From Vulcanimicrobiota bacterium (GTDB lineage: Bacteria > Vulcanimicrobiota > Vulcanimicrobiia > Eremiobacterales > Eremiobacteraceae), in the NCBI GenBank assembly GCA_963812135.1, contig CAWETU010000001.1:576001-640000 (forward strand): DNA of 64,000 nucleotides, read 5' to 3'. This document shows positions 28,722-38,289 of the stretch, one piece after another. Below the pieces are notes generated by a model, which saw only the letters and a program-made list of their open reading frames with translations, had not been told where the DNA came from and did no database searches. The stretch's first letter is position 1. Each line of letters begins with the position of its first letter. Position numbers and translations under genes: made by a program.

Positions 28722-29495
28722 GTGGCCGCGACGGCCGCCGAGGCGTTCGCAGACCGCAAAAAACTGCAGGTCAAACTCGACGTCTTCGACGGTCCCCTCG
28801 ACCTCTTGCTCCACCTGGTCCTCGAGCAGGATCTGGACATCACCAAGGTCAGCCTTTCGGCCGTGTGCGACCAGTACATGGCCTATCTGTCGCTCATGGA
28901 CCGCTTGGACATCGACGTCGCGAGCGAATATCTGGTGATCGCGGCGACGCTGCTGTTCATCAAATCGAAGAAGCTGCTGCCGCCGCCTCCGCCGCCGTTC
29001 AGCGACGACCTCGAGGACGAAGCGGCGATCGCCGAGGAGACGCTGCGCCAGCGGCTGCTCGCGTACGCGCACTTCAAACGGTTGGGCCACCGATTCCGCG
29101 AGTTGTTCGACGAGAACGCGGCGTACTATCCGCGCGCCGGCGCATTAGAAGAAGGACTCGTGCAGCACTACCGGCTCGAAGCACCGTCGCTGGCGCGCGC
29201 GCTCGCCACGGTGTTCGCGAACGCCGAAGCGCGGCCGGCGGTCGTCAAACGCGAGACTTTCTCGATGGTCGTCAAGATGAACTACGTGCTGCGCCAAGTG
29301 CGCGAGCGCGCGGCGCTCGTCTTTTCAGAGCTCATCGCAGGCTGCCATCGGCTCGAGATCGTCGTCACGTTCCTCGCGCTGCTCGAGCTCGTCAAGGCGC
29401 GCAAGGTCGTATGCGTGCAGCCCAAACTTTTCTCGGACATCACGGTGACGCCCGCGCCGAAGGGAGCGACCGATCAGCTTGGCAAGTCTGCGTAA
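28722..29495 (+). CDS. scpA: Segregation and condensation protein A
   Basis: FDGPLDLLL.L, ASEYLV.AATLL.IKS..LLP, VVTFLALLEL. Confidence 0.95.
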   Translation: MAATAAEAFADRKKLQVKLDVFDGPLDLLLHLVLEQDLDITKVSLSAVCDQYMAYLSLMDRLDIDVASEYLVIAATLLFIKSKKLLPPPPPPFSDDLEDEAAIAEETLRQRLLAYAHFKRLGHRFRELFDENAAYYPRAGALEEGLVQHYRLEAPSLARALATVFANAEARPAVVKRETFSMVVKMNYVLRQVRERAALVFSELIAGCHRLEIVVTFLALLELVKARKVVCVQPKLFSDITVTPAPKGATDQLGKSA

Positions 29496-30150
29496 CCGCG
29501 TCGAGGCGATACTGCTCGTCGCCGACAAACCGGCGAGCGAGCGGGATATCTGCGAGGCGGTCAAAGCATCACCGCCTGAGGTGCGCGCCGCGCTGAAGGA
29601 GATCGGCGCATCGTTCGAAGGCCGCGGCATCACGCTGCGCGAGGTCGCGGGCGGCTGGCGGCTCGCGACCGATCCGCAATGCCGCGAGGACGTCGAACGC
29701 TACTTGTTGCCGCCAAAGACCCACATGTCGCAAGCCTCACTCGAGACGCTGTCGATCATCGCCTATCTGCAGCCAGTCACGCGCGCCGAGATCGAGAGCC
29801 TGCGCGGCGTCAACGTCGACGGCGTGATGCAGACGCTCGAAGAGCGGCGCCTCATCAAAGAGCTCGGACGCAAGGACACCGTCGGGCGGCCGATCATCTA
29901 CGGCACGACCGATCTGTTCCTCGAGGCGTTCGGATTGCGGGCGCTCGGCGAATTGCCCGCGCTGCCCGACGGCGCACCGCGCCGTGTGAACGGCCAAGTC
30001 ATCCCATTGCCGCTGTCAGCGGAACGGCAAGAATCGCTCGGACAGATCCACGAGTCGGTCGACGGCCACGAAGGCGACGAAGAACCGCACTCGCAGTCCA
30101 AGCTCGAGCATAGCGTCGCCGACGAGCTGGCTCACGCCCTCGACGAGTGA
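29479..30150 (+). CDS. scpB: Segregation and condensation protein B
   Basis: LETLSIIAY.QPVTRAEIE..RGV, GRP..YGTT..FL..FGL. Confidence 0.95.
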   Translation: MASLRNRVEAILLVADKPASERDICEAVKASPPEVRAALKEIGASFEGRGITLREVAGGWRLATDPQCREDVERYLLPPKTHMSQASLETLSIIAYLQPVTRAEIESLRGVNVDGVMQTLEERRLIKELGRKDTVGRPIIYGTTDLFLEAFGLRALGELPALPDGAPRRVNGQVIPLPLSAERQESLGQIHESVDGHEGDEEPHSQSKLEHSVADELAHALDE

Positions 30151-30941
30151 GATACGCTTCGGACTTCGACACGCTCGTCGAAGAGTACGCGCGCTACCGG
30201 ACATCCTATTCCGACGAGTTGTTCGACGCCGTCGCCACGCTCATCGGCCCGGCCCGCGACAAGCGGGTGCTCGACGCCGCGTGCGGCACCGGTCTCGCGA
30301 CGCGTGGGATGCTCGAGCGCGGCTACGGCGTGACCGGCATCGACGTCGCCGAGCGCATGCTCGACGTGGCGCGCTCCAGCGCGCCGGCCGGCGCCGACGT
30401 CGCGTTTTATCTCGGCCGCGCTGAAGCGCTGCCGTTCGGCGACAACGCATTCGCGGGCATCATGTGCGCGCAGGCCTTCCACTGGTTCGACGAAGCCGCG
30501 GCGCTCGCCGAGTTTTCGCGCGTGCTCGCGACCGGCGGCGCGCTCGCCATCTTCTGGAAACACGCGCGAGCCGACGACCCGTACGCGCGCGCGGTGCGCA
30601 CCTTGTTCACCGAGTGGACCGGCCGCTCGGAAGCGCCGATGGAAAGCAGCTTCCGCGATTCGCTCGCGCGCTTCTGGGAACAGGTTGGACGCGCCGGCGA
30701 GCGCAGACCCGGCGCGCTATTCCGCGACGCCGAGCTGCGCATGTTGCGCTTCGGACTGCGCTACACCACCGACTCGTACGTCGGCTATCATCGCTCGCGC
30801 GAGAACCTGCGCATCGCGCTCGGTGATCAGCGCGAAGCGTTTCTTGGAGCCGTCCGCGAGCGCATCGCGGCGCTCGCGCCACCGTCGGGAGAGTTCGAAG
30901 TCGAACAAGACCAGTTTTTATACTGCGCGCGCAAGACATGA
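30147..30941 (+). CDS. Class I SAM-dependent methyltransferase
   Basis: VLDAACGTG, AEALPF, AQAFHWFD. Confidence 0.9.
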   Translation: MRYASDFDTLVEEYARYRTSYSDELFDAVATLIGPARDKRVLDAACGTGLATRGMLERGYGVTGIDVAERMLDVARSSAPAGADVAFYLGRAEALPFGDNAFAGIMCAQAFHWFDEAAALAEFSRVLATGGALAIFWKHARADDPYARAVRTLFTEWTGRSEAPMESSFRDSLARFWEQVGRAGERRPGALFRDAELRMLRFGLRYTTDSYVGYHRSRENLRIALGDQREAFLGAVRERIAALAPPSGEFEVEQDQFLYCARKT

Positions 30942-31798
30942 GATTCGGCGTCCACGTCGGCATCGGTGGCAACTTCCCGAAGAAGACGATCGAGCAAGCG
31001 CTCGAGGCCGGTTGCGATTGCATCCAGATCTTCGCCGGCAATCCACGCGGCTGGCGCCGCACGCCGTACGATGTCCGCGCGTGGCAAGAGTTCCGCGACT
31101 TGCGCAAGCAGCACGGCATCTACCCGGTGGTCATCCACACTTCATATCTGGTGAACCTCGTGACCGCCGACAAGACGCTGCAGAAGAATAGCACGATGGT
31201 CGTCGCGCACGATCTGGAAGTGGCCGCACGCAGCGGCATCGAGTACGTCAACACACACCTGGGCAGCTATGGCGCGCAGCCACGGGCCAAAGGCTTCGCG
31301 CGCGTCACGGAGACCATCGCCAAGCTCATCAGCGCGGCAAAGCCCGGGCCGATGCTGTTGCTCGAAAACTCGGCGGGCGCCGGCAATCTTTGCGGCGGCA
31401 CGATGGACGAATTGGGCGCGATCATCAAGGCGGTCGGCAGCAACCGCGTCGGCGTGTGTCTCGACACCGCGCACGCCTGGGCGTCCGGCTACGACATCCA
31501 CGACGTCAAAGGCGTCGGCGCGTTTGTCGGCGCGGTCGGCAAACACATCGGTTTCAAACGCGTGCGCGCGTTGCATCTCAACGATACGCAGGTCGCCCTC
31601 GGCGCGAAGCGCGACCTTCACTGGCACGTGGCCGAAGGCCGCATCGGAGCGACCGGTTTTCGAACGCTCTTGCGCCGTCCCGAGTTCGCCGATGTCGCTG
31701 TGATCTGCGAGACGCCGAAGACCCTCGAGGACGATCGGAAGAACCTGCGTACGGCTCGGCGGCTCGCGGGTGTGCGGGCGGTGAAGGCGAAGACTTAG
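30938..31798 (+). CDS. nfo: Endonuclease IV
   Basis: H.SYLVNL, H.GS, LLEN.AG, CLDTAH, HLND, ETP. Confidence 0.93.
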   Translation: MRFGVHVGIGGNFPKKTIEQALEAGCDCIQIFAGNPRGWRRTPYDVRAWQEFRDLRKQHGIYPVVIHTSYLVNLVTADKTLQKNSTMVVAHDLEVAARSGIEYVNTHLGSYGAQPRAKGFARVTETIAKLISAAKPGPMLLLENSAGAGNLCGGTMDELGAIIKAVGSNRVGVCLDTAHAWASGYDIHDVKGVGAFVGAVGKHIGFKRVRALHLNDTQVALGAKRDLHWHVAEGRIGATGFRTLLRRPEFADVAVICETPKTLEDDRKNLRTARRLAGVRAVKAKT

Positions 31799-31863
31799 GC
31801 TCGGGACGGCACCGAGGGCTGGGACGCTACATTTTGGGCATTCGTCGAGTAGAGGCAACCGTC

Positions 31864-32817
31864 ATGAACGCTCTCAAGAAACCATCTGTCTTATTCGCGC
31901 TCGTCGCGATCGCGCTCGCATCGGCAGGACCGATCGAGGCGCTGGCGCGCGCCGGCGGCGGCAGCCATTACGGCGGCGGTGGTGGCGGCGGGTATCACGG
32001 CGGCGGCGGCGGCGGCTATCATGGCGGCGGGAGCTTCGGTGGCGGGGGCGGCTTCGGTCTGTGGCCGTTGCTGTTCTTGGGCCACGGCAGCGGCATCTGG
32101 GTCCTTATCGTCTTGATCGTCATCTACTATCTTTGGAAGCGCAGCCAGGGTGGCATGATGACGCAGTTCAGCAGCGCTGGCCAGACCGACACGATGTCGC
32201 CGCCGCCGGTTACCAAGCAGTTCATGGATGAGCCGGCGCGCACCGTCGATCCGCAAGCGATCGAGACCGGCGAGGCCACCATCAAGGCGCGTGACCCCGG
32301 CTTCGACGAGCGCTCGTTCCTCGACCGCGCGCAAACGGCGTTCTTCAAGATCCAGCAGGCGTGGATGGGCCGCAACCAGGACCTCGCGCGCGATGTGATG
32401 AGCGATGCGCTCTACGAACGGCATAAGATGCAGACCGATCAGCTCATCGCCGCGCATCAGATCGACGTCTTGGAGAACATCGTCATCGGTCATGCAAAGG
32501 TGGTCGACGTGCGCCCGGGCACGCCGTACGACACGATCGTCGTGGCGTTCACCGCGAGCATGACCGACTACACGATCGACGAGAACACGAAACAAGTCGT
32601 CGACGGCGAGCGCACGCCGACCACGTTCACGGAGTTCTGGACGTTCATACGGCGAGCCGACGCCAAGAGCGCAGCCGGCGCCACGGGTCTCGCGTCGACC
32701 TGTCCGTCGTGCGGTGCGCCGCTCAAGCTCACCAACGGGCGCTGCGACTATTGCAGCGCACCCGTGCGCACCTCGTCCTCGGAGTGGGTCGTCGATCAGA
32801 TCGAACAGGCCTTTTGA
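31864..32817 (+). CDS. Tim44-like domain protein with Gly-rich N-terminus and C-terminal zinc ribbon
   Basis: ARAGGG.. Gly run, TM helix, FTEFWTF.R, CPSCG...CDYC. Confidence 0.85.
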   Translation: MNALKKPSVLFALVAIALASAGPIEALARAGGGSHYGGGGGGGYHGGGGGGYHGGGSFGGGGGFGLWPLLFLGHGSGIWVLIVLIVIYYLWKRSQGGMMTQFSSAGQTDTMSPPPVTKQFMDEPARTVDPQAIETGEATIKARDPGFDERSFLDRAQTAFFKIQQAWMGRNQDLARDVMSDALYERHKMQTDQLIAAHQIDVLENIVIGHAKVVDVRPGTPYDTIVVAFTASMTDYTIDENTKQVVDGERTPTTFTEFWTFIRRADAKSAAGATGLASTCPSCGAPLKLTNGRCDYCSAPVRTSSSEWVVDQIEQAF

Positions 32818-33158
32818 ACGAAGACGCAGCCGGCGAGCTGCACATCGACCGCCGGCGCTACCCGCGCTTCAATCTCAAGCTGCCGGTGGAGTACACCATC
32901 GTCGAACAGCAGCGCCGCTGCAGCGCCATGGTCGACAACATCAGCCTCGCCGGGGTGCTGCTGCTCACGGCAGAGCCACTTCGCCAAGGAACCAACGTCG
33001 TGGTCCACTTGCCGACCGATTCCGGGGAGTCGCTGGACATCAAAGCGCAGATCGTGCGCACCTCTGTGGTCGGCGAGCTCGGTGTCGCTTTCATCGCGAT
33101 GACCGCGGATGAGGTCGAACGCGTGACGGCGCTCGTCGAACGGCGCTCAGCGCTCTAA
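32814..33158 (+). CDS. Single-domain PilZ protein
   Basis: RRRYPR (RxxxR) and NISLAG (NxSxxG). Confidence 0.88.
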   Translation: MNEDAAGELHIDRRRYPRFNLKLPVEYTIVEQQRRCSAMVDNISLAGVLLLTAEPLRQGTNVVVHLPTDSGESLDIKAQIVRTSVVGELGVAFIAMTADEVERVTALVERRSAL

Positions 33159-34757
33159 GATGAAGCGCCCGCCCGGGTAGTCGAGGAACACGGCGCCGAA
33201 CTTGGAGAGCACGGCGGCGCCGAGCAAACCGTCCGAGCTCGATGGTGTGAACGCGCCGGTCGGTTGCAGCACGATTTCGGTGAAGATCTTTTCGACCGAG
33301 AACCGGCCGAGGTTCAGACGCGAGACGAACGCCGTCTTCACGTGGATTGAGCCGCCCGCGCCGTTCGCCTGGGTCAGATCGCTGAAGTAGCGCGATGGAT
33401 CGACCGGATCCCGTTCGAGCGACTGCGCGTTGATCGTCGTGGTCGCGTCGGATGCGAGATCGCCTGGCCGCAAGAAATCTTGCGCGTGCGCTTGGGCGAA
33501 ATCCTGATACACGATCAGTCCTGAATCGCTGCCGGTGTCGACGGTGAACGTCGCCGGATCCTTTTCGCCGAGCGTGGTCGCGACGCGCGGCAGACGCGAT
33601 GATGCGTCGAGCGCGATGACGGCGCCCGTGCCGGCGTAGGTGAAGCTCGAGGGCGCGATAAGGCGCATGCGCGCGCGCCCATAGTCGATGCGCGCGACGA
33701 GTTGCGCCAGCACGTCGTAGCCGAGGATGCCTTGGATGCCGAAACCGCGGATGGAGGCTGGCAAGCCGAGCGGCACGGCCTCGAAGATGAACGGCGCGAA
33801 TTTCACGCCGGCGAGCTCGAGGGATTCCGCGCGCGCGGGCGATCCGTGCATCACGGTGGCGCCGGCCACGCGGGCGTCGCCGGCCATCGGCAGCTTCAGG
33901 AGGCGCGCTTCCTCGATGTCGATCAGCGACGCCGAACTGCCCGAATCCAGCAAGAACTTCACAGGGATGCCGTTGACCTTCACGTTGATGACGATCAGCG
34001 AGTGCGGCGAATCAAAGTCCAGTCCGACATCGGATTGGCCGGCGGGGAACTCAGGTTTGCGCGAGGCTGGCGCCGCGAAATCCGCGACCGCGAGCCGCGG
34101 GAACTCGACGGATGAGATCGTCGTCGTGACGGTCGTCTGATTATCTTGCTCGACGATCTTGTCCGGGATCGTCAATCCGCCAAACGAGGCGTAGTCGACG
34201 TACCGGATGCTACGCGGTCCGATATCCACGCCATAGACCAACGCCGTACGCGAATCGACGTACATGACGACGTCGTAGCCGCCGAGCTTGGTGTGCAGCC
34301 TGACGACAGGCCGCCCGTCCATGGTCAACGGGCCGTCGAACGCCCACGTGACGTCCTCGTCGAGTAGGGTCGCGTTGAAGCCGAGCAGGCGCGTTAAGAA
34401 GGGGCGCCGATGTTCCATCGGTTCGAGCGAGACGTTGCCGTTGACGTCTTGCAGCCAATGCGTGGTGTCGTCAAGGCCCTCGCTGCGCTGGCCGAACGGC
34501 ATCGAGTAGACGGTCTTGTATCGGCCGTCGTTGTCACTGCTCTCGCTGAATGGGATGTCGGTGCCGTTCTGTTCGATCACGCCTTTCCACGACGCGCTCA
34601 TCCCCGGCAGATGTCCGAGCGCGTGGCGGTGCCGCTCGAGCAAGGCGTAGAGTGGAGACGGGCTCGCGGGCGGTGGCGGAGCGGTGGCCGTGGCCGCCGG
34701 CGTCGTTGCGGCAAGCAAGAACGCCGCAAGACCGCCGCCAATCCAGACGGCTATCAT
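33147..34757 (-). CDS. Secreted aspartyl protease with two retropepsin-like domains
   Basis: FLLDSGS and FTVDTGS, GILG/GLLG motifs; signal peptide starting MIAVW. Confidence 0.85.
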   Translation of the reverse strand: MIAVWIGGGLAAFLLAATTPAATATAPPPPASPSPLYALLERHRHALGHLPGMSASWKGVIEQNGTDIPFSESSDNDGRYKTVYSMPFGQRSEGLDDTTHWLQDVNGNVSLEPMEHRRPFLTRLLGFNATLLDEDVTWAFDGPLTMDGRPVVRLHTKLGGYDVVMYVDSRTALVYGVDIGPRSIRYVDYASFGGLTIPDKIVEQDNQTTVTTTISSVEFPRLAVADFAAPASRKPEFPAGQSDVGLDFDSPHSLIVINVKVNGIPVKFLLDSGSSASLIDIEEARLLKLPMAGDARVAGATVMHGSPARAESLELAGVKFAPFIFEAVPLGLPASIRGFGIQGILGYDVLAQLVARIDYGRARMRLIAPSSFTYAGTGAVIALDASSRLPRVATTLGEKDPATFTVDTGSDSGLIVYQDFAQAHAQDFLRPGDLASDATTTINAQSLERDPVDPSRYFSDLTQANGAGGSIHVKTAFVSRLNLGRFSVEKIFTEIVLQPTGAFTPSSSDGLLGAAVLSKFGAVFLDYPGGRFILER

Positions 34758-35352
34758 GCGCAAGGGTTCGCCGCGGAAAGCGGCTCCGACCTGGCTGGCC
34801 GGCGATAAAGTGAGATTGCGTCCGATCGAACCGGACGACGTCGCCATGCTGCAGCGCTGGATCAACACATCGCCGGCGCGCGATTTCATTTTCAGCCGCT
34901 TGCCCCTTTCTTTCGAGCAAGAGCGCGACTGGGCGGCCAACGCTGCGGTGAATCCGAACACGCCCAGCTACATCATCCAGACGGCGGATGGGACGGACAT
35001 CGGCACGATCGGCTTGCATATCGAGGGAGCGCGGGCGATGCTTGGCATCGCGATCCACGAACCTGAATTTTGGGATCACGGCTATGGCACGGATGCGGTC
35101 AAGACGCTCGTGGACGGCGCATTCCGCGCTCGGCAGCTCGTCCGCATCGAGCTGACCGTCCTCACGGATAACGCGCGCGCGATCCGTTGTTACGAACGCG
35201 CCGGTTTCACGCGCGAAGGCATCTTACGGCGCTACGTGTACCAGGACGGAGCGCACCGCGATCTCGTCCTCATGAGCGTGCTGCACGAGGAATGGGCTGC
35301 CGGGCGTGCGGCTGCACGCCCGGGTCGATCACGTATGCGCCGGAGACGGTGA
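34756..35352 (+). CDS. GNAT acetyltransferase (RimJ/RimL-like)
   Basis: VRLRPIE, W.HGYGT, N.RAIRCYE.AGF..EG.LR. Confidence 0.9.
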   Translation: MRKGSPRKAAPTWLAGDKVRLRPIEPDDVAMLQRWINTSPARDFIFSRLPLSFEQERDWAANAAVNPNTPSYIIQTADGTDIGTIGLHIEGARAMLGIAIHEPEFWDHGYGTDAVKTLVDGAFRARQLVRIELTVLTDNARAIRCYERAGFTREGILRRYVYQDGAHRDLVLMSVLHEEWAAGRAAARPGRSRMRRRR

Positions 35353-36171
35353 CGCAGCCGGCGCCGGAGACGCGCCTGCGGGCGCGCTCGGGGTCGCCGG
35401 CGCAGAGGTAGACAGCGTACCCGTGGGCGGCGTTGCGCTTGGCGCTGGCGACGGGCTGGCTGTCGGCTTCGCGCCTGGTGCCGGCTTCGCGCTTGGTGCC
35501 GCCGTCACGCCAAGGTTCGGCGTCGAAAGCGGTCCTGGCGTGACCGCGCCACCACCCGTCGGCACAGGAATCGGCTGACCGGTCGGCGTCGGCGCCGGCG
35601 TGAAGCACGGCGCGGGCTCGACCTGCAAATGGATGTTGTTTCGCGGATCTTCCGACGGCATCGGTGCCGGCGTCGGCGTGGGTTCGCCGATCTGCGGCTG
35701 ACACGGCGGCGCCGCGCTGTACACGTGCATCGTGAGACCTTTACTCAGGCTCGCTTTCGCCTGCTTGCCGAAGAACGTGTGTGGGTACTTGTCGCGCAGC
35801 TCGATCAGATAGTACGTGGCGCGTGTCTGCCCGTCGGTGGTCCACACTTTGAGATAGGCGTTTGACATCAAGAACATCGACCGAGCGAGCTGTGGATCGG
35901 CCGGATATTTGCGCTGCCAGTCGAGAAACGCGTCTTCCGCGAGCTTGATCTTGTTGATGACGACCGCGAACACCGTGTGATCGCCTGCCATGATCGAGGC
36001 GTCCTTGAACGAGTTGTTGATGCCCAGATAACTGAGCTTCATTCTGCCGAAATACTCGTCTGCCGGCGCGTTCGCGCTGGTCGGATTCGTGGGCGTCGCC
36101 GCGCTCAGTGCGACGATCGCCGTGAAGGCGACGAGGACGGCGGACAACATCGGAAGGGCGAATCTGCGCAT
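35329..36171 (-). CDS. Secreted hypothetical protein with Pro/Ala/Thr-rich tail
   Basis: Signal peptide, helical core 'APADEYFGRMKLS', PT/PA repeats. Confidence 0.7.
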   Translation of the reverse strand: MRRFALPMLSAVLVAFTAIVALSAATPTNPTSANAPADEYFGRMKLSYLGINNSFKDASIMAGDHTVFAVVINKIKLAEDAFLDWQRKYPADPQLARSMFLMSNAYLKVWTTDGQTRATYYLIELRDKYPHTFFGKQAKASLSKGLTMHVYSAAPPCQPQIGEPTPTPAPMPSEDPRNNIHLQVEPAPCFTPAPTPTGQPIPVPTGGGAVTPGPLSTPNLGVTAAPSAKPAPGAKPTASPSPAPSATPPTGTLSTSAPATPSAPAGASPAPAASPSPAHT

Positions 36172-36204
36172 GCGATCTCCGTGTGCATTTCATCGGTGGG
36201 GAGG

Positions 36205-36298
36205 TGGCGGGAGAAGATAGGAATCGAACCTACCGGTCCCCTTGCGAAGACCTTACGGTTTTGAAGACCGCCCAGAGCACCAGCCCCGTGCTTCTCCC
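36205..36298 (-). tRNA. selC: tRNA-Sec (anticodon UCA)
   Basis: 8-bp acceptor stem GGGAGAAG/CTTCTCCC, G discriminator + CCA, 6-bp D stem, CTTCAAA loop, long variable arm, 5-bp T stem. Confidence 0.96.
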
Positions 36299-36300
36299 AT

Positions 36301-36783
36301 TCAAGCGGTCGTCGGCCGCGGGCCGCATATTTCAACGCGGCCGGCCGCGAAGCCCGCAACGATTTCTTCATCGCTTGGGAAAACGTCGTCGGGCGGCAAT
36401 TCGGGTCGCGTAGCCGGCTCGCTCAACCCGCGGATGAAGCGCTCGATGCCCGCAACTGTGCTGAGCATCAACACCCGAACGGTTTCGGATTCGACCATGA
36501 ACGTGTGGGGCACGCCGCCCGGCGCGTACATGAGCGAACCTGGCGTGAGGCGACGAGACTCGTTCCCGAGCCAGGCGGTCATCTCGCCGTCAAGTACGTA
36601 GAAGGTCTCATCCTCCGGGTGCCTGTGCAGCTGCGGCGCTGCGCCTCTTGGAAGCAGGCCTTCCCACACCGCGAGCCGCCCGGCGCTGTCGTCACCGTCG
36701 ATTTTGATCGTGGCGAGCGTTCCGAGAAACCAGCGCGCGTCGCCCTCGCCCGGCCCGAGGATTTTTGGTCTTGCATTCGTCAT
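36301..36783 (-). CDS. Cupin domain protein
   Basis: H.HPEDETFYVLDGE, PGGVPHTF. Confidence 0.88.
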   Translation of the reverse strand: MTNARPKILGPGEGDARWFLGTLATIKIDGDDSAGRLAVWEGLLPRGAAPQLHRHPEDETFYVLDGEMTAWLGNESRRLTPGSLMYAPGGVPHTFMVESETVRVLMLSTVAGIERFIRGLSEPATRPELPPDDVFPSDEEIVAGFAAGRVEICGPRPTTA

Positions 36784-36822
36784 GCAGAAATCTTCGCGCC
36801 CGCAGGTCGCCGTTGCCTGCTG

Positions 36823-36868
36823 TTGACATTCTCTGACGCGCCTGTTACTATATTGACAAATGTCAATA
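36823..36868 (+). promoter_or_regulatory. ars promoter and ArsR operator
   Basis: TTGACA-N17-TACTAT (36823-36851); perfect inverted repeat TATTGACA-AA-TGTCAATA (36851-36868). Confidence 0.85.
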
Positions 36869-37192
36869 CAACGATGCTGCCCTCCGGCGAAGGTCGACAA
36901 ACGCGATCGCACGGAAGAGGCCGAGCTGTTCAAAGCCTTGGGCGATCCCTATCGGCTTCGGATTCTCGCGACGCTGTGCCGTGCAAAGCACGAGTGCTGC
37001 GTCTGCGATTTCACGGATGCGTTCCCGCTGAACCAGCCGACCGTCTCTCACCATCTCGGCGTCTTGCGCGACGCGGGTCTCGTGACATGCCAACGCCGCG
37101 GCACATGGGTCTACTACCGCTTGGCGCCGGGCGTCGCGCAGCGGCTCGAGGCCGCATTCGATGATATCTTTCCTCGGAAGGTGGCCGCATGA
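36860..37192 (+). CDS. arsR: ArsR/SmtB family repressor
   Basis: FKALGDP.RL.IL, ECCVCD, QPTVSHHL.VL..AGLV. Confidence 0.93.
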   Translation: MSIQRCCPPAKVDKRDRTEEAELFKALGDPYRLRILATLCRAKHECCVCDFTDAFPLNQPTVSHHLGVLRDAGLVTCQRRGTWVYYRLAPGVAQRLEAAFDDIFPRKVAA

Positions 37193-37626
37193 AAACGCAT
37201 TTGCATCTCTCGACGCGAGATCTCGCCGAAAGTGTCGCCTTCTATCGCACATTGCTCGGCTCCGAGCCCGTGAAGAGCTATGATGATTATGCTCTCTTCA
37301 TAACCGAGGACCCGGGCCTTGAATTGGCGCTCTCGATCGATCGCCAAACGAAGAGATCATCCGACGCCCATTACGGCATTGCGGTTAACGCCCCGGAGCA
37401 GGTTGACGGCGCGATCAAGCGGCTGAAGGCTGCAGAGCTACCAGTCGACATCGAAACCGAAGAGACGTGCTGCTACGCGACCCAGACCAAAGTGTGGGCC
37501 AGTGATCCGGATGGCCGGCGCTGGGAGACCTACTACGTCATCGCAGAGACCGAAAAACGCAATGATGATGACATGACATGCTGTCGCGGGACTGGCGACG
37601 AAGACGCCGCTTGTTGTCCGGCCTGA
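37189..37626 (+). CDS. ArsI/CadI family VOC metalloenzyme
   Basis: TCCYA.Q.KVW..DPDG..WE.Y; Cys-rich tail. Confidence 0.9.
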   Translation: MKTHLHLSTRDLAESVAFYRTLLGSEPVKSYDDYALFITEDPGLELALSIDRQTKRSSDAHYGIAVNAPEQVDGAIKRLKAAELPVDIETEETCCYATQTKVWASDPDGRRWETYYVIAETEKRNDDDMTCCRGTGDEDAACCPA

Positions 37627-37647
37627 TCTTCAGAGGAGAGTGTTGAC

Positions 37648-38286
37648 ATGGCTCCCGACCACAAACAGACGCTTGTCGAATTAGCTTTGTCGGGGGCTCC
37701 AAATCTGTATGCCGAATTCAAGGGCATGTACTCCATGGAGACGATCCGGCGTTTCCTTGACGAGAACGCAGAGGTGCTCAAGAAATGCAAGGTGACGGAT
37801 TATCTGCCGATCTTCGCATACAGGTTTACCCGCGAGCGCCTAACTGCCATGGCTCAGGTCGCCGGCAGCATTCCCAAAACTGTGCCCGAGGTGCTTTTCG
37901 TCTGCACACACAACGCCGGACGCAGTCAGATCGCCGCCGCCATGCTTGATGCGAAAGCCAAGGGAAAGGTTCACGTGCGATCAGCAGGCAGCGCTCCGGG
38001 CGATGCGATTAACCCGGTCGTCATCGAGGCGATGTCAGAGGTAGGGCTGGATCTGAGCAAAGAGTTCCCGAAGCCGATGACCGACGACGTGGTGCAGGCA
38101 GCTGATGCCGTGATCACGATGGGTTGCGGCGACGCGTGCCCCATCTACCCGGGCAAGCGCTACGAAGACTGGGAAGTGGAAGATCCCGCGGGCAAAGATT
38201 TGGAAACGGTTCGCCGGATCCGCGACGATATCGCGCGCCGCGTCGACCAGCTCGTCAGTGAATTGACTCCCGTCAAACAGCGCTAG
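37648..38286 (+). CDS. arsC: Arsenate reductase (LMW-PTP fold) with N-terminal helical domain
   Basis: VLFVCTHNAGRSQ, MGCGDACP, DP. Confidence 0.92.
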   Translation: MAPDHKQTLVELALSGAPNLYAEFKGMYSMETIRRFLDENAEVLKKCKVTDYLPIFAYRFTRERLTAMAQVAGSIPKTVPEVLFVCTHNAGRSQIAAAMLDAKAKGKVHVRSAGSAPGDAINPVVIEAMSEVGLDLSKEFPKPMTDDVVQAADAVITMGCGDACPIYPGKRYEDWEVEDPAGKDLETVRRIRDDIARRVDQLVSELTPVKQR

Positions 38287-38289
38287 GAG

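Noticed and set aside
31950..32060. GGC-rich repeats
   Set aside because: They encode the Gly-rich linker of the Tim44-like protein; not a DNA element.
36100..36205. Genomic island integrated at the selC 3' end
   Set aside because: No integrase and no duplicated tRNA 3' end seen in the window.
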